Assembly (NCBI RefSeq): GCF_902713615.1 | Contig: NC_052160.1 | Location: 24,639,856-24,703,855, forward strand | DNA from: Scyliorhinus canicula | Taxonomy: Eukaryota | Length of the DNA: 64,000 nt | Direction: 5' to 3' | In this document: one piece after another, positions 26,388-37,741 of the stretch | Layout: each line of letters opens with the position of its first letter | Position numbering within the stretch: position 1 is the stretch's first letter | Notes under the pieces: model-generated | Told to the model about the DNA's origin: nothing | Database searches by the model: none | What the model saw: only the letters and a program-made list of their open reading frames with translations | Made by a program: the position numbers and the translations under genes

Positions 26388-26833
26388 AGGTACTAATCTA
26401 TACACACATATACATTGAAATACTTGTGTTGAATGTACACTTCTTGTCCTCAAAACTGGCTTCCTGTTGTCACTGTAATATCCAGCACAGGGCCTATGTA
26501 TCTTAATTCCATCCAGCGGTTTCGGGGGCAGGGGCAGAGAGGAGGAGGAGGAGAGCTTTTGCTGCAACCAACTAACTGAAACACTAATTGGGCTGGAATT
26601 TGAACTCCAGTGTCAATTCAATTTCATGGAGGCCAGGGGTTTATCAGATTTGCCCGAGACATCTGACCAAACAGTCAAACTGCCATTGGAGGGATTCTTT
26701 CTGACACATTTTAATCACCATCACCAAATTAAATTATGGAAGTGAATAGGAAATAACATTTAAAACATAAAAGACTGGATTGTTTTTCCATTTCTCACCC
26801 AGAAATTATAGCCATTTTAAAATTAAAACGTAC

Positions 26834-26920
26834 TCAGTCCTTCAAAGTTTTTTTCTTCCACTCCATTCCCATTGTCCGATACTTCAATCAAATCTGCTCC
26901 AAATTCTTTCAACCTAATAT
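26834..26920 (-). CDS. PMS2: PMS2 exon 3
   Basis: [29 protein letters not shown]; 87 nt, AG/GT bounded. Confidence 0.96.
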
Positions 26921-27307
26921 CTGAAAAACATGCAGCCCAAGAGATAGGAATAAAAATTAAAATACTAGATATTTAATCGGGAGGAAATTTGTTGTTCTGG
27001 AAAGTTTAAGTACAATAGCTAAACTGGTTTGCATGTGACACCTACTGCAAGCTGCATTGGAAAACAGCCGTCTTTTATAGAAGGCAAATACAGTCTCCAC
27101 CATTTAAATCACGCTTGTTTATATTGGACAAATACTGCAAAAACTTTTGCCATTACTATAATCAAGGTGCCCTTTATGTTGTGTGAAGGAAGCTACTTGG
27201 GCAGAACCAGGTATTCAGCGAACAAGCCACAGCTCTGATGAAATTACCATGAATACTTAATCAACGTGAAGTGCTGTTCATTACCAACCCAAGATTTTAA
27301 GGAGTTG

Positions 27308-27620
27308 GGTGGCATGGTAGCACAGTGGTTAGCACTATTGCATCACAGCTCCATGGTCCCGGGTTCGATTTCCCACTTCTCCCTGTGACTGCGTGGGTTT
27401 TCTCTGGGTGCTCCGGTTTCCTCCTACGGTCCAAAGATGTGCAGGTTCAGTGGATTGGCCCTGCTAAATTGCCCTTGGTATCCAAAAAAGGGTAGGTGGG
27501 GTCAATTGGGTTATGGGGATAGCGTGGAGGTGTTGGCTTAAGTGGGTGCCATTTCCAAAGGCCGGTGCAGACTCGATGGGCCGAATAGCCTCCTTTTGCA
27601 CTGTAAATTCTATGATTCTA
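27308..27620 (+). mobile_element. HE1-like SINE, internally deleted
   Basis: Head, core and ctgtaaattctatgattcta tail. Confidence 0.85.
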
Positions 27621-28163
27621 AACATCAACGATTGACGTTTATCAAGCCTCATTTGATTTTTAAAATATCAGGTGCTTAAGAGAATTTCAAATGCTAAGGT
27701 GGTAAGACGTGTTCACTTTCAGCTATCAGCATTTTACATTTCCCTTCCTAAAATTATTTGCCTTTTTACGTCTCCTATCACTTTCAATGGCCTCCACAAA
27801 ACTTACCTGGGCTGCATCTTGATGACTTCTCATTTCTCTCCTGCCAAGCTCCTGCTCCATTCTGTAAAGTGCCTTGAGGAATTTCATTACAGTAAAGCTG
27901 CCTAGTGCAAGTTGACATTGGTATTTGCTACCAGCTGTTAATTGTTATGTAACTAATGCCCCAGGAGAATCTCTTCACAACAGCTGTCTGAAATACATGA
28001 AAGCACAACAACTTCCTTTATCATAGAATGATACAGCACTGAAGGAGGCCTTGCAGCCCCTTGTGGCCACCCTGTCTCTTGGAAAGAGCTACTTCCTGCT
28101 CAGTATATAAATGTAAACTGCTGGAAAGTAAAATTGATTTGGTTTAGTCATTTTTGTCCTCAC

Positions 28164-28303
28164 CAATGTTAGTAGCTCCAGCATCAAGACTGTTTTCCAC
28201 CAACTCTTTTACAGCAGTGCTGAGGCTTAACACAACTTGTCCTGAACAAATCTGGTGTACTGACTGCTGGTCAATTGGCTTGATACCTCTTGCAGGTGCT
28301 GAA
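28164..28303 (-). CDS. PMS2: PMS2 exon 2 (MutL GHKL ATPase N-terminus)
   Basis: [46 protein letters not shown]; ttag|...|gtgag; 140 nt. Confidence 0.96.
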
Positions 28304-28489
28304 CTAAATCAACAGAAAATAGAACAAGACTGAAACAAAACCACACTATGCACACAAAAGTATGTTACTTCAATCCTGGTACAGTTAAGCAATGAAACTC
28401 ACATACACACTATGCCAATCCACCTGGTTTAGATTGGAGAAATTGAATTTTTATAGATTGCTTAAATGTCCATTGCGTACAATCCTTAT

Positions 28490-29830
28490 TGAGTAGGATC
28501 CTATCACTTGCATGGTTTGGTGGGGGGAGCATTTACAGCATCTATGGGAAAATCTTGTCAACTGAGATGGCCCCGCTAGACGATGTATGGGCAAAATGGG
28601 AGGGAGAACTGGGACCTATTTTAGATGGAGAAGTGTGGGGAGGCCCTTTGCAGGGTGAACTCCACATCCTCCTGCGCACGACTTAAGTCTAATTCAGCTC
28701 AAGGTAGTAAATAGGTCTCACCCAACTAAAGCTAGGATGAGCAGTTTCTTTTTGGGAATGGAGGATAGGTATGAGCGATGTTCTTCTCATAGAATTTACA
28801 GTGCAGAAGGAGGCCACTGGGCCCATCGAGTCTGCACCGGCTCTTGGAAAGAGCACCCGACATGAGGTCAACACCTCCACCCTATCCCCATAACTAAGGG
28901 CAATTTTGGACACTAAGGGCAATTTATCATGGCAAATCCACCTAACCTGCACATCTTTGGACTGTGGGAGGAAACCGGAGCACCCGGAGGAAACCCACGC
29001 ACACACGGGGTGGATGTGAAATGAAAAAATGAAAATCGCTTATTGTCACGAGTAGGCTTCAATGAAGTTACTGTGAAAAGCCCCTAGTCGCCACATTCCG
29101 GCGCCTGTCCGGGGAGGCTGGTATGGGAATCGAACCGTGCTGCTGGCCTGCTTTAAAAGCCAGCGATTTAGTTGAGTGAGCTAAACCAGCCCCACTGCAG
29201 ACTCCGCACAGACAGTGACCCAAGCCAGAATCGAACCTGGGACCCTGGAGCTGTTAAGCATTTGTGCTATCCACAATGCTACCATGCTGCCCTTCTTTGG
29301 GACCTACTAATCGCACCAACATGTTCTGGTCGTGTCCCAAGATGGCAAGCTTTTGGGTCTCCTTCTTTAACACCATGTCAGCGGTTCTTAACATTGATCT
29401 GGAGCCTTGTCCTTTGGTGACTATTTTTGGGGTATCGGACAGGGGTGAAGGCGAATGTTCTTGCCTTTATCTCACTAATAGTCCTGAAGCGAGTTCTGCT
29501 GGGATGGAGGTCTTCTGCTCCGCCTAGTGTCTTGTACTGGTTGGGTGACCTTATGGAATTTTTACATCTGGAAAAGATCAAGTACATCGTCAGGTGCGGT
29601 CGAGGGGATCTACCCGAGGTGGTGGCCATTCATTTCCTACTTAATTACCATTAGCTGTTGGGCAAGGGGGGGGAATTCTTATTGCTGAGGAAAGGGCATT
29701 TCTTTACTGGGTGGGCTTTGCATGGTCATGGTTGGTTCCGTTTTTTTCTAATACTGCATTTTGTAATATCATTTTTCCATGTTGTCATTGTGTATTTTGC
29801 TTGTTATAAATGAAAATTCTTTAATAAAAA
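28490..29830 (+). mobile_element. old L1 ORF2 3' fragment interrupted by nested minus-strand SINEs (28787-29293, with a second SINE at ~29018-29193)
   Basis: KWEGELG, MFWSCPK, FLHLEKIKY L1 C-terminal motifs; 3' aataaa. Confidence 0.8.
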
Positions 29831-30417
29831 TATTGTACGTTGCATGTTATTATCAATAATCTGGCAGTTTACTTTTGTCCTTTGTTACAATGTCTCAGAT
29901 CCAATAAATTGTTACAGGGACTTCACACCACAAGACAATTCAATACTGCAAGAGGGGACTTGTTTTTCTTTTACTTGGAGGGGCTTCATTTTCCATACTG
30001 ACCGCATCCAACTCCTGACCTAACTCAGCCCTATAAAGTTTTCAGCAAAATATACAGGTAACATAAACAAAAACAAACTTGCATTAAATAGCACCTTTTG
30101 CATCAGCAAGCATCCCAGAGCACTTCAAAACCTTCACTGTATGGTCTGGAGGCAAATACAGAAGCAAGATAACATAAACTGTTCTTAGTAGTGTTGGTAG
30201 AGCATTAAATGGTAGCCAGGATGCTTTGAGAGACCTCATGCCCTTTTTTCCAAATATCACCAAAGGATCTTTGACAGCTACCTGAGAGCAGGCAAGGTAT
30301 TGTTTTAACATCTTTTCAGAAAGCTGGTAGCTTTGACAATACAGCACTCCCTTTGACTGTGCGCTCAAGACTCTACAACAACAACTTCCATTTATATGGT
30401 GCCTTTAACATAGCAAA

Positions 30418-30647
30418 ATTTAAAAAAATATAAATTTAGAGTGCCCAATTCATTTTTTCCAATTAAGGCACAATTTAGCGTGGCCAATCCACCTACCCTG
30501 CACATCTTTTTGGGTTGTGGGGTGAAACCCACGCAAACACGGGGAGAATGTGCAAACTCCACACAGTAGTGAGCCAGAGCCAGGATCGAACCTGGGATCT
30601 CGGCGCCGTGAGGCAGCAGTGCTAACCACGGCACCACCATGCTGCCC
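30418..30647 (-). mobile_element. tRNA SINE, poly(A)-tail type
   Basis: Reverse complement of the 337-565 family. Confidence 0.88.
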
Positions 30648-31134
30648 TATCCCAAGACCATTTATAAGCCAAAGAAAAATATTGATGTCAAAAAGCCTGA
30701 CCAAGAGGTAAGCTTCAAGGAAGATCTTATACAGCCAACAATGGCAGAGCATAGGAAGTATGGTTGCATGGGGCCAGAATTGGAAGAATACATATCTCAG
30801 GGGATTAATAAGGGATCAAAGGTTATGGGAAGAAGGCAGGAGAATGGGGGTGAGAAAAATATCAGCCATGATTGAATGATGGAGTAGACTTGATGGGCTG
30901 AGTGGCCTAATTCTGCTCCTATGTCTTATGGGTTGCAGGGCTGCAAAGATTACAGAGATGGGTGAGGACATGGGGGATTTAAAAAGAAGAATGCAAATTT
31001 TTTAAAATGTTATCAGACCGAGAGCCAGTGTAGGGACAGGGACCACAGAGTGATGGGAGAATAGGACATGGTGCTAATCTGGATGAAGGGGAACACGAGT
31101 TTTGGATACTCAAGTTTATGGTGGGGAGAAGTAT

Positions 31135-31455
31135 TGCATTTATGTAGCACCTTTCACGACCACTGGACATGTCATAGCACTTAATAACCAATGAGGTACT
31201 TTTGAAGTTCGCCAACTGTTGCAATGCAAAAAGTGCAGCATGTTCCCATAAGCCAGCAGGGATAATGAGCAGATAATATATTTTAGTGATGTTGATCCAA
31301 GAATAAATGTCGACACCTGAGGCAACTTTCTTTCTCTTCTTGTATGATCTGAAAGTTGGCAGCTCTGGCAGTGCAGCACTCCCTCAGTATTGCACTGCAG
31401 TGTCAGCCTGAATCTTGCCCCTGGAGTGAACCCAGAACTCTGACTCCGAAACCCA
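31135..31455 (-). mobile_element. ancient Deu-domain-like SINE remnant
   Basis: Degenerate match to the 60395-60720 family; boundaries approximate. Confidence 0.55.
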
Positions 31456-31567
31456 CTGCACCATGGCTGACACTACCCCCCCGGGTCCCCTCTGCCAGGG
31501 GAGTTCTGAAGGGAACTGGGGCCACTCCAATCCCTCGGTCGACATGCATCGATTCTCTAGGACTCAC

Positions 31568-31578
31568 CAGGCTTCCAT
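31568..31578 (-). CDS. PMS2: PMS2 exon 1 (ATG GAA GCC TG; M-E-A-C)
   Basis: Minus strand ATGGAAGCCTG|gtgagt; phase 2 matches exon 2; lies in the GC-rich promoter region. Confidence 0.8.
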
Positions 31579-32133
31579 CACTCCCCACACAACGCCAATG
31601 TGCTCGCTCGCGCCCAGCTCGTCACTTAACGGACACTGGGTAAACAGCGCACCGCCGCCGGTTGCGCCTGACGCGACCAGTCAGCGTCTGCGCTGATCCC
31701 TGTGGCGCGGCGGTCCCCCGAACGCGGATCCACTCTCTGGGAAATGTAGTTCATTCGCCAGCGTTCCCCTCGTGAACCCCGCGCCATTAAACTACAACAC
31801 CCATAACACTGCGCGCCACCCAGAACCAGTTGTTCTCCCTTGTTTTCTTTTTACGGTAAAAGTTTTCGATACGGACGGACGAACTTAATTATAACAAGGA
31901 GTCGAATTTATCTTTTAATGTTCGATCATTTGAACCAAACCATGGGGGGGGGGTACTTGATTTGATTGACGTTCACGCTATCCAATCAGACACCGGAGGT
32001 GGACGTAAAGGGACCAATGGAATGAAGGCGGTTAGCTGGCCGACACGGCCTGCTGGGAGGTGTCCGGTCTCTATGGTGCTTTGGTCCGGGCGGTTGGTAA
32101 GGTGCGGCTGAGCAGGGCTTGACAGCTGTGAGG
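31579..32133. promoter_or_regulatory. PMS2/AIMP2 bidirectional promoter and 5' UTRs
   Basis: CpG-rich 555 bp between divergent ATGs; two opposed ACTACA..CCCA (ZNF143/THAP11-type) motifs at 31735-31750 (-) and 31791-31809 (+); CCAAT at 31982 and 32014; TGACGT at 31967. Confidence 0.85.
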
Positions 32134-32235
32134 ATGTACAAGGTAAATACGTATCACCAGGACGAGGGTGCCGTCGACCTGCCCACTTGCATGTACAAGT
32201 TGGCGAATGTTCATCGAAGCGCTGCGGACGTCCAG
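32134..32235 (+). CDS. AIMP2: AIMP2 exon 1
   Basis: MYKVNTYHQDEGAVDLPTCMYKLANVHRSAADVQ|gtacg; matches the AIMP2 N-terminal MY.V..YH / LPTCMY motifs. Confidence 0.93.
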
Positions 32236-33124
32236 GTACGAGATGTCAAGGGGGTCGGTGGTGGGTTGTGGGTTGGACAGGCCTGCGCCTCCCACAGGCC
32301 GCAGAATCCCCACCGGCTTCTCACCATTTTTTTTTTTTGCAACTCCAGCAAACCGTTTGAAAATGTTAAAAACGTAGGTGAAGAAAATGGAAATACTCAG
32401 CGGGTCTGACAGCATCTGTGGAGAGGGAAACCGAATTGAGTCGAACATGGACCTTTCCCATCTTCGGGACATCCGCAGTGTTTTATGGCCAATCAATTAC
32501 TTTAGAAATGTCACTTTTAGGGGCAGCCAGATTGCACACATCAAGCTCCTACAAATTTAATTTTTAAATTGTTGATTGAGGGATACCAGGGACAACTTAT
32601 CTTCAAAGTGGAATGATGGAATCTTTTACATCCACCTGAGATGATAGGTGGAGCCCTGTTTACCTTCTCACCTCCGAGGAAGTGTATCTTGATGAGCTGC
32701 TGCTCTTGTTTGTTAATAGCCTTGAAATCGTATTCTTGGGAAGTCTGTATTTCAGAACAGCATTTGTGAAGATTTACAGCCCACTAGCATGAGGAATCAA
32801 ACACTTTTACTGTTCTTCATTAAAAGGGGAACTTGGCCCTAAACCCTTCGTTTTTAAAGTTCTATCCCTCCAGAAATTAATTGGCTTATGTCACCACTTT
32901 TAGTGTGTTGTGTATTTTTATCCCTATATCTCTTGTTCCACTAACATTTAGTTTTCAAGGTGCATATGGCCTCTGTTTTCTTCCTACCAAATGCATTCAA
33001 TCAATGTTTTATTTGTGAATTCCTCACCATTTTGTTTATTAATATCTTGTATTTTGTTAAAGTCTTTGCTAATATTGTCTATATTTTGCATGGTTCAGGT
33101 CTCTATTATAAAAAGGAGATAGAG

Positions 33125-33346
33125 GGACGGCATGGTGGTGCAGTGGTTTGTACTGCTGCCTCGGTGCCGAGGACCCAGTCCGATCCCAGCCCTGGGTCAC
33201 TGTCTGTGAGGTTTGCACATTCTCTCTGTGTCTTTGTGGGTCTCGCCCCCACAGCCCCAAAGGATGTGTGGGGTAGGTGGATTGACCATGCTAAATTGCC
33301 CTTAATTGGAAAAAAAAAAATTGGGTACTCTAAATTTAAAAAAATA
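33125..33346 (+). mobile_element. tRNA SINE, poly(A)-tail type
   Basis: 14-bp TSD aaaaggagatagag at 33111-33124 and 33347-33360. Confidence 0.9.
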
Positions 33347-33689
33347 AAAAGGAGATAGAGACACTGGAAAAAAAGTCTGAAAGAATGATGCCAGAATTGG
33401 CAGATTATACCTATCAGTAAAGACTGAACATGTTTTTCTCTAGAAAAGGGAGGGTTGAGCAGTGATTTGATAAAGACCTTTAAAATTATGAAAGTGTTTA
33501 ATAGAGGTAGGCACAGACTTGAAGGAGACCAGTGCTAAGAACCATAAATTATAAGAGTTGGTGATAAATCCAATTCAGAGTTCAGGAAAAACATCTTTAC
33601 CAGAGAGCTGTGAAGGTGTGGAACAGGGTGTGGTTGGAATAAATGCCTCGGTGTACTTAAGGGAAAGCTGTATAAACATATGAAAGAGG

Positions 33690-34478
33690 ATGCACCCTGC
33701 TAGAGCGACTGCTGTTTCTGGATGTGGAAGGGGAGGGAAGAATTGGGGATATATACAAGTGGCTAGGGCCGGGGTGGGCAGGGGGGTAGGGAGCAGGGAG
33801 GTGAGTGGATGGTGAAGATCAATGAAAAGTCAGAAGGGGAGTTGGGATGGGAGATCAATTGAGGAGTGAGGCATTGCGTAGGGTAAATAATACCTCCTCC
33901 TGTGCAAGGGTGAGCCTGTTGCAGTTTAAGGTGGTGCACAGGGTGTATATGATGGGTGAGAATGAGTGGGTTCTTTCAGAGGTTAGCAGATGAATGAAAT
34001 GTGGGCGGGGGCCAGCGAAAATTGGGACGATTCTGGTCGGGAGGGTTCACGGTCTTAGCCAGGATAGTGGAGGAGGAGGTGGACCTTTGGTGGTGATATT
34101 TGGGGTTTCCGAAGCTCATGGAAGGAAGAAGGCTGATGTCGTGGCCTTCATCTCTCTGATTGCAGGGTGGTGAATTTTACTGGAGTGGTGGTCGGCATCG
34201 CCACCAGGGGTAGCGACTTGGTTGGGTGATCTGTACTACTACTTGCGGTTGGAGAAGATAAAATATGAGTTAAGGGGCTCTGCAGAGGGGTTTGAGAAAA
34301 GGTGGGGGATGTTTGTGACCGTGTTTGAGGGACTGTTCATTTTGGGGGGTGGGGTGGAAAGGGGAAAACATTTGTGCAGACTGTATAATTGATTGCTGGG
34401 AAGTATGTTTCCTGGGGTATTGATGTGTTGTAACCTGTTTTGATACATATTGGTAATAAGTTACATTAAAAAAAATAT
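33690..34478 (+). mobile_element. degraded L1 3' fragment
   Basis: Resembles the ORF2 C-terminus (tgtgcaagggtgagcctgttgcagtttaaggtggtgcacagg; RLEKIKYELRGS); A-rich end. Confidence 0.75.
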
Positions 34479-34780
34479 ATGAAAGAGGAAGTAGGGATAT
34501 GTTGATGGGGTTCGATTTAAGAGGGATCGGATGAAGGTTACTTGGAGCATAAACACCAACATCAGTTGAATGTTTCTGTGCTGTGAACATGACATAATTT
34601 GTAGTTACTGCCCTTATATTTATTTTGATGGTGACAGGACAATTTAAAGGTTTTTCTCTTTTATAAATGCATATGGGATCCTGCACTGTATAAATAGAGA
34701 CCATAATCAAGGGCAGTGATACTAAATAAACCTTCATAGATCACAGTTAATAAGTTGTAAGTGTTTGGATATTTAAAATA

Positions 34781-35450
34781 ATTCTTTCATGGGATGTGAA
34801 TATTACTGGCTAGGCCAGTATCTGTTGCCCATCCCTAATTGCCCTTGAGATGGTGGTTGTGAGCCTCTTTCTCAAACCACTGTGGTGTATGTGATACAGA
34901 AACGGCCACAGCGCTTTTAGGGAGTTCCAGAATTTTGACCCAGTGACAGGTTAGGAACAACGATATTGTTCCAAGTCAAGATGTGTGATTTGGAGGTGAT
35001 GCTGTCCCCATGCATCTGCCTGTGCCCTTCTAGGTGTTAGAGGTCAGAGGTTTAGAATATACACTCAAAGGCAGTTTTAAGAGTTTCTGGTGTACATCTT
35101 GTTTACCTCTGCATTGATGGCAGGGAGTGTACGTTTTTGAGGTGTCAATCAAGTGGACGGTATTGAGCTTCTTGAATGTTATTGGAGCTGCACTCATACT
35201 AGCAGGTGAAGAGTATTGCATCACACTCCTGGTCTGTGGCTTAAAGATTGTGGGCAGGCTTTGGAGAGTCAGGAGGTGAGTTACCCGCTGCTCAATTCCC
35301 AGCCTTTGACCTGCCCTTGCAGCTACAGTATTTATATGGCTGCCTCCGTTTCTGGTCAATGGTAACCCCTAGGATGTTGTTTAGTGGGTGATTCAGCAAT
35401 GGTAATGCCAGGGGTGATGGCAAGTATTGCTTGTTGGAGATGTTCATTAC
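34781..35450 (-). mobile_element. LINE RT 3' fragment (CR1/L2 group)
   Basis: ILGVTIDQK, SHINTVAARAGQRLG, QTRSVMQYS; related 3' ends at ~14190-14505 and ~10400-10635. Confidence 0.7.
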
Positions 35451-36203
35451 CTGGCACGAAGGATAAATTGTTTCCATTGATGTGGGGTCAGAAACCAGAG
35501 GACACTGATTTAAGGTAACTGGCAAATTATTGAGTAAGGGAAAAATGGATACTTTATTTCTACTTGAGTGAGTAGTTGTGATTTGGAATGCAGTGTCTGA
35601 AAGGGTGGAAACATAATAGGGTAGCTCTTTTCAAAGAGCAGACACAGGCCCAATGGGCCAGATGATGCTGCACTTTTTTCTTTTCTAACTCTAACCTTCA
35701 ATGATTCCTGTGATTATTTATTGTGTAAACTGGGTGTAGAAAGCCAAAGTACATTACAATTAGTAATTTTGTGTCTGTGTGAGATTCCTCTGGGTGCTAC
35801 CGTTTCCTCCTCAGTCGAAAGATGTGCAAGTTGGGTAGATTGGCCATGTGAAGTTGCTTCTTTATGTCCCGATGCTTAGATGGGGTTGGGGAGGGGGTGG
35901 GCCTAGGTTAGGTGCTCTTGCGACAGGTCGTTGCCAACTCGATGGGCTGAATAGCCTCCTCTGCACCATAGGGATTCGATTCTATGATCCCTGACAGGCA
36001 TTTCATCTCCCTGATTCTCATTCATAATACAAATAGAGAAAAGAATTTGCATTTGTTTAGCTTGTGTAGCTTTAAGAGTTGCAATATACTTCTATCGACT
36101 TTTGAATCCCAGTAACTGTTGAAATACAGCAGCCAATTTGCACACAGCAAGGTCTGACAAACAACGATGAGAAAAATGACTACTTATTTCATTGGTTTTT
36201 CAG

Positions 36204-36410
36204 GGTGCAGGCGAGTGTCCAGCACTCCAAAACTTGGAATCAAGGCAAACAGAAATTCTGAAACGTCTGTATGAGTTGAAGTCAGTTGTTGATGGGCTCT
36301 CGAAGACTGTCCTTACACCAGATGCTGACCTTGATGTTGCAGAAATCAACCACGCCTGTCTTCTGCCAACAATCCATACTGCAGCTAATTTAGAGTCCGT
36401 ACTGGGAAAG
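36204..36410 (+). CDS. AIMP2: AIMP2 exon 2 (leucine zipper)
   Basis: [38 protein letters not shown]; 207 nt, phase 0-0. Confidence 0.96.
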
Positions 36411-36554
36411 GTAAGTTTGAATCTCAACTCTTTTCTTGTTGAACAAGCAAGTGCTTTAGGGATGAACTTAATGGAGAAAAAGAAATGTGGAATTTCTTCA
36501 GCATCCTTCATGGCCACTGGATGTCCCAAAGCTCAGAGATGGCTGAGGCACTGA

Positions 36555-37740
36555 ACCAATATTTGCCTCTGTCTTCACGATAGAAAATAACAATTTCCCA
36601 AAAACTATAGTTAATGCAGAAGAACTTGGTGCAATAACTATCATGGAGGAGACAGTACTGAATTAACTGATGGGATTAAAGGCAGATAAGTCTCCAGGGC
36701 CTGATGACCTGCACCCTAGGGTATTAAGGGAGATGGCAACAGAGATAGTGGATACATTGGTTATGATATTTTAGAATTCCCTGGGTTCTGGAAGGATCCC
36801 GGTTAATTGGGAACATGCTAATGTGATGCCTCTATTCAAAAAGACTGAGGCAAAAAGTAGGAAACTATAGACCAGTTAACTTGACCTCCTGTGGTGGGGA
36901 ATTAATCAGTCATTAAGGAGGATACCTTTGGAAAGACAAAACTGTCACCATTGTCAGCATGGTTTTATGAGGGGTAAGTCATGCTTGACAAACTTGCTTG
37001 AGTTCTTTGAGGACATAACTAGCAAGGTGGATAATGGGGAACCTGTGGATATGATATGTCAAAACCTCCAGCAGCATTTGATAAGGTGCCTCATAAAAGA
37101 CTGATCCCAGAAGGTGAGATCTCGGGGGATTGGGGGTGGATTACCAGATTGGATTGAGGATTGACTGACCGAAAACAGAGGGTCGGGATGAATGGGTCTT
37201 TCTCTGGCAATTTTACAATTTATATAAATGATCTGCAAGCAGAGATAGAGTATAATGCAGCAAAATTTGCGGATGATACTAAAATAGGTGGGAAAGCAGG
37301 CAATGAAGAGGGGATAAAGATTTTACAAACGGATATGGATAAACTAGGAGATTGGGACAAAATTTGGTAGATTGAGTTTAATGTAGATCAGCATGAGGTT
37401 ATCCATTTTGGCTGGAAAAATAAAGGCAAATTATTATCTAAATAGAAAGCAGATTCATATCTGGTGTCTTTGTTTATGAATCGCAGAAAGTTGGTATGCA
37501 GGTACAGCATGTAATATAAAAGACCAAAGGAATGTTAGTGTTTCTTGCAAAAGGACTGGAGTATAAAAATAGAGAAGTGTTAATTGCAATTGTATAGGAT
37601 GTTGGTGAGACCACGTCCGGAATACTGTGCCAAGTTTTGGTCTCCTTATTTGAGGAACAATGTGGTAGCATTGGAAGCGGTTCAGAGGAGGTTCACCAGA
37701 TTGATTCTGGGATGAAAGGAGATTAAACAGTTTGGGCTGG
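36555..37740 (+). mobile_element. CR1 LINE RT fragment
   Basis: DKSPGPDDLHPRVL, HGFMRGKSCLTNLLEFF, KFADDTKIGG; degraded. Confidence 0.85.
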
Positions 37741-37741
37741 A

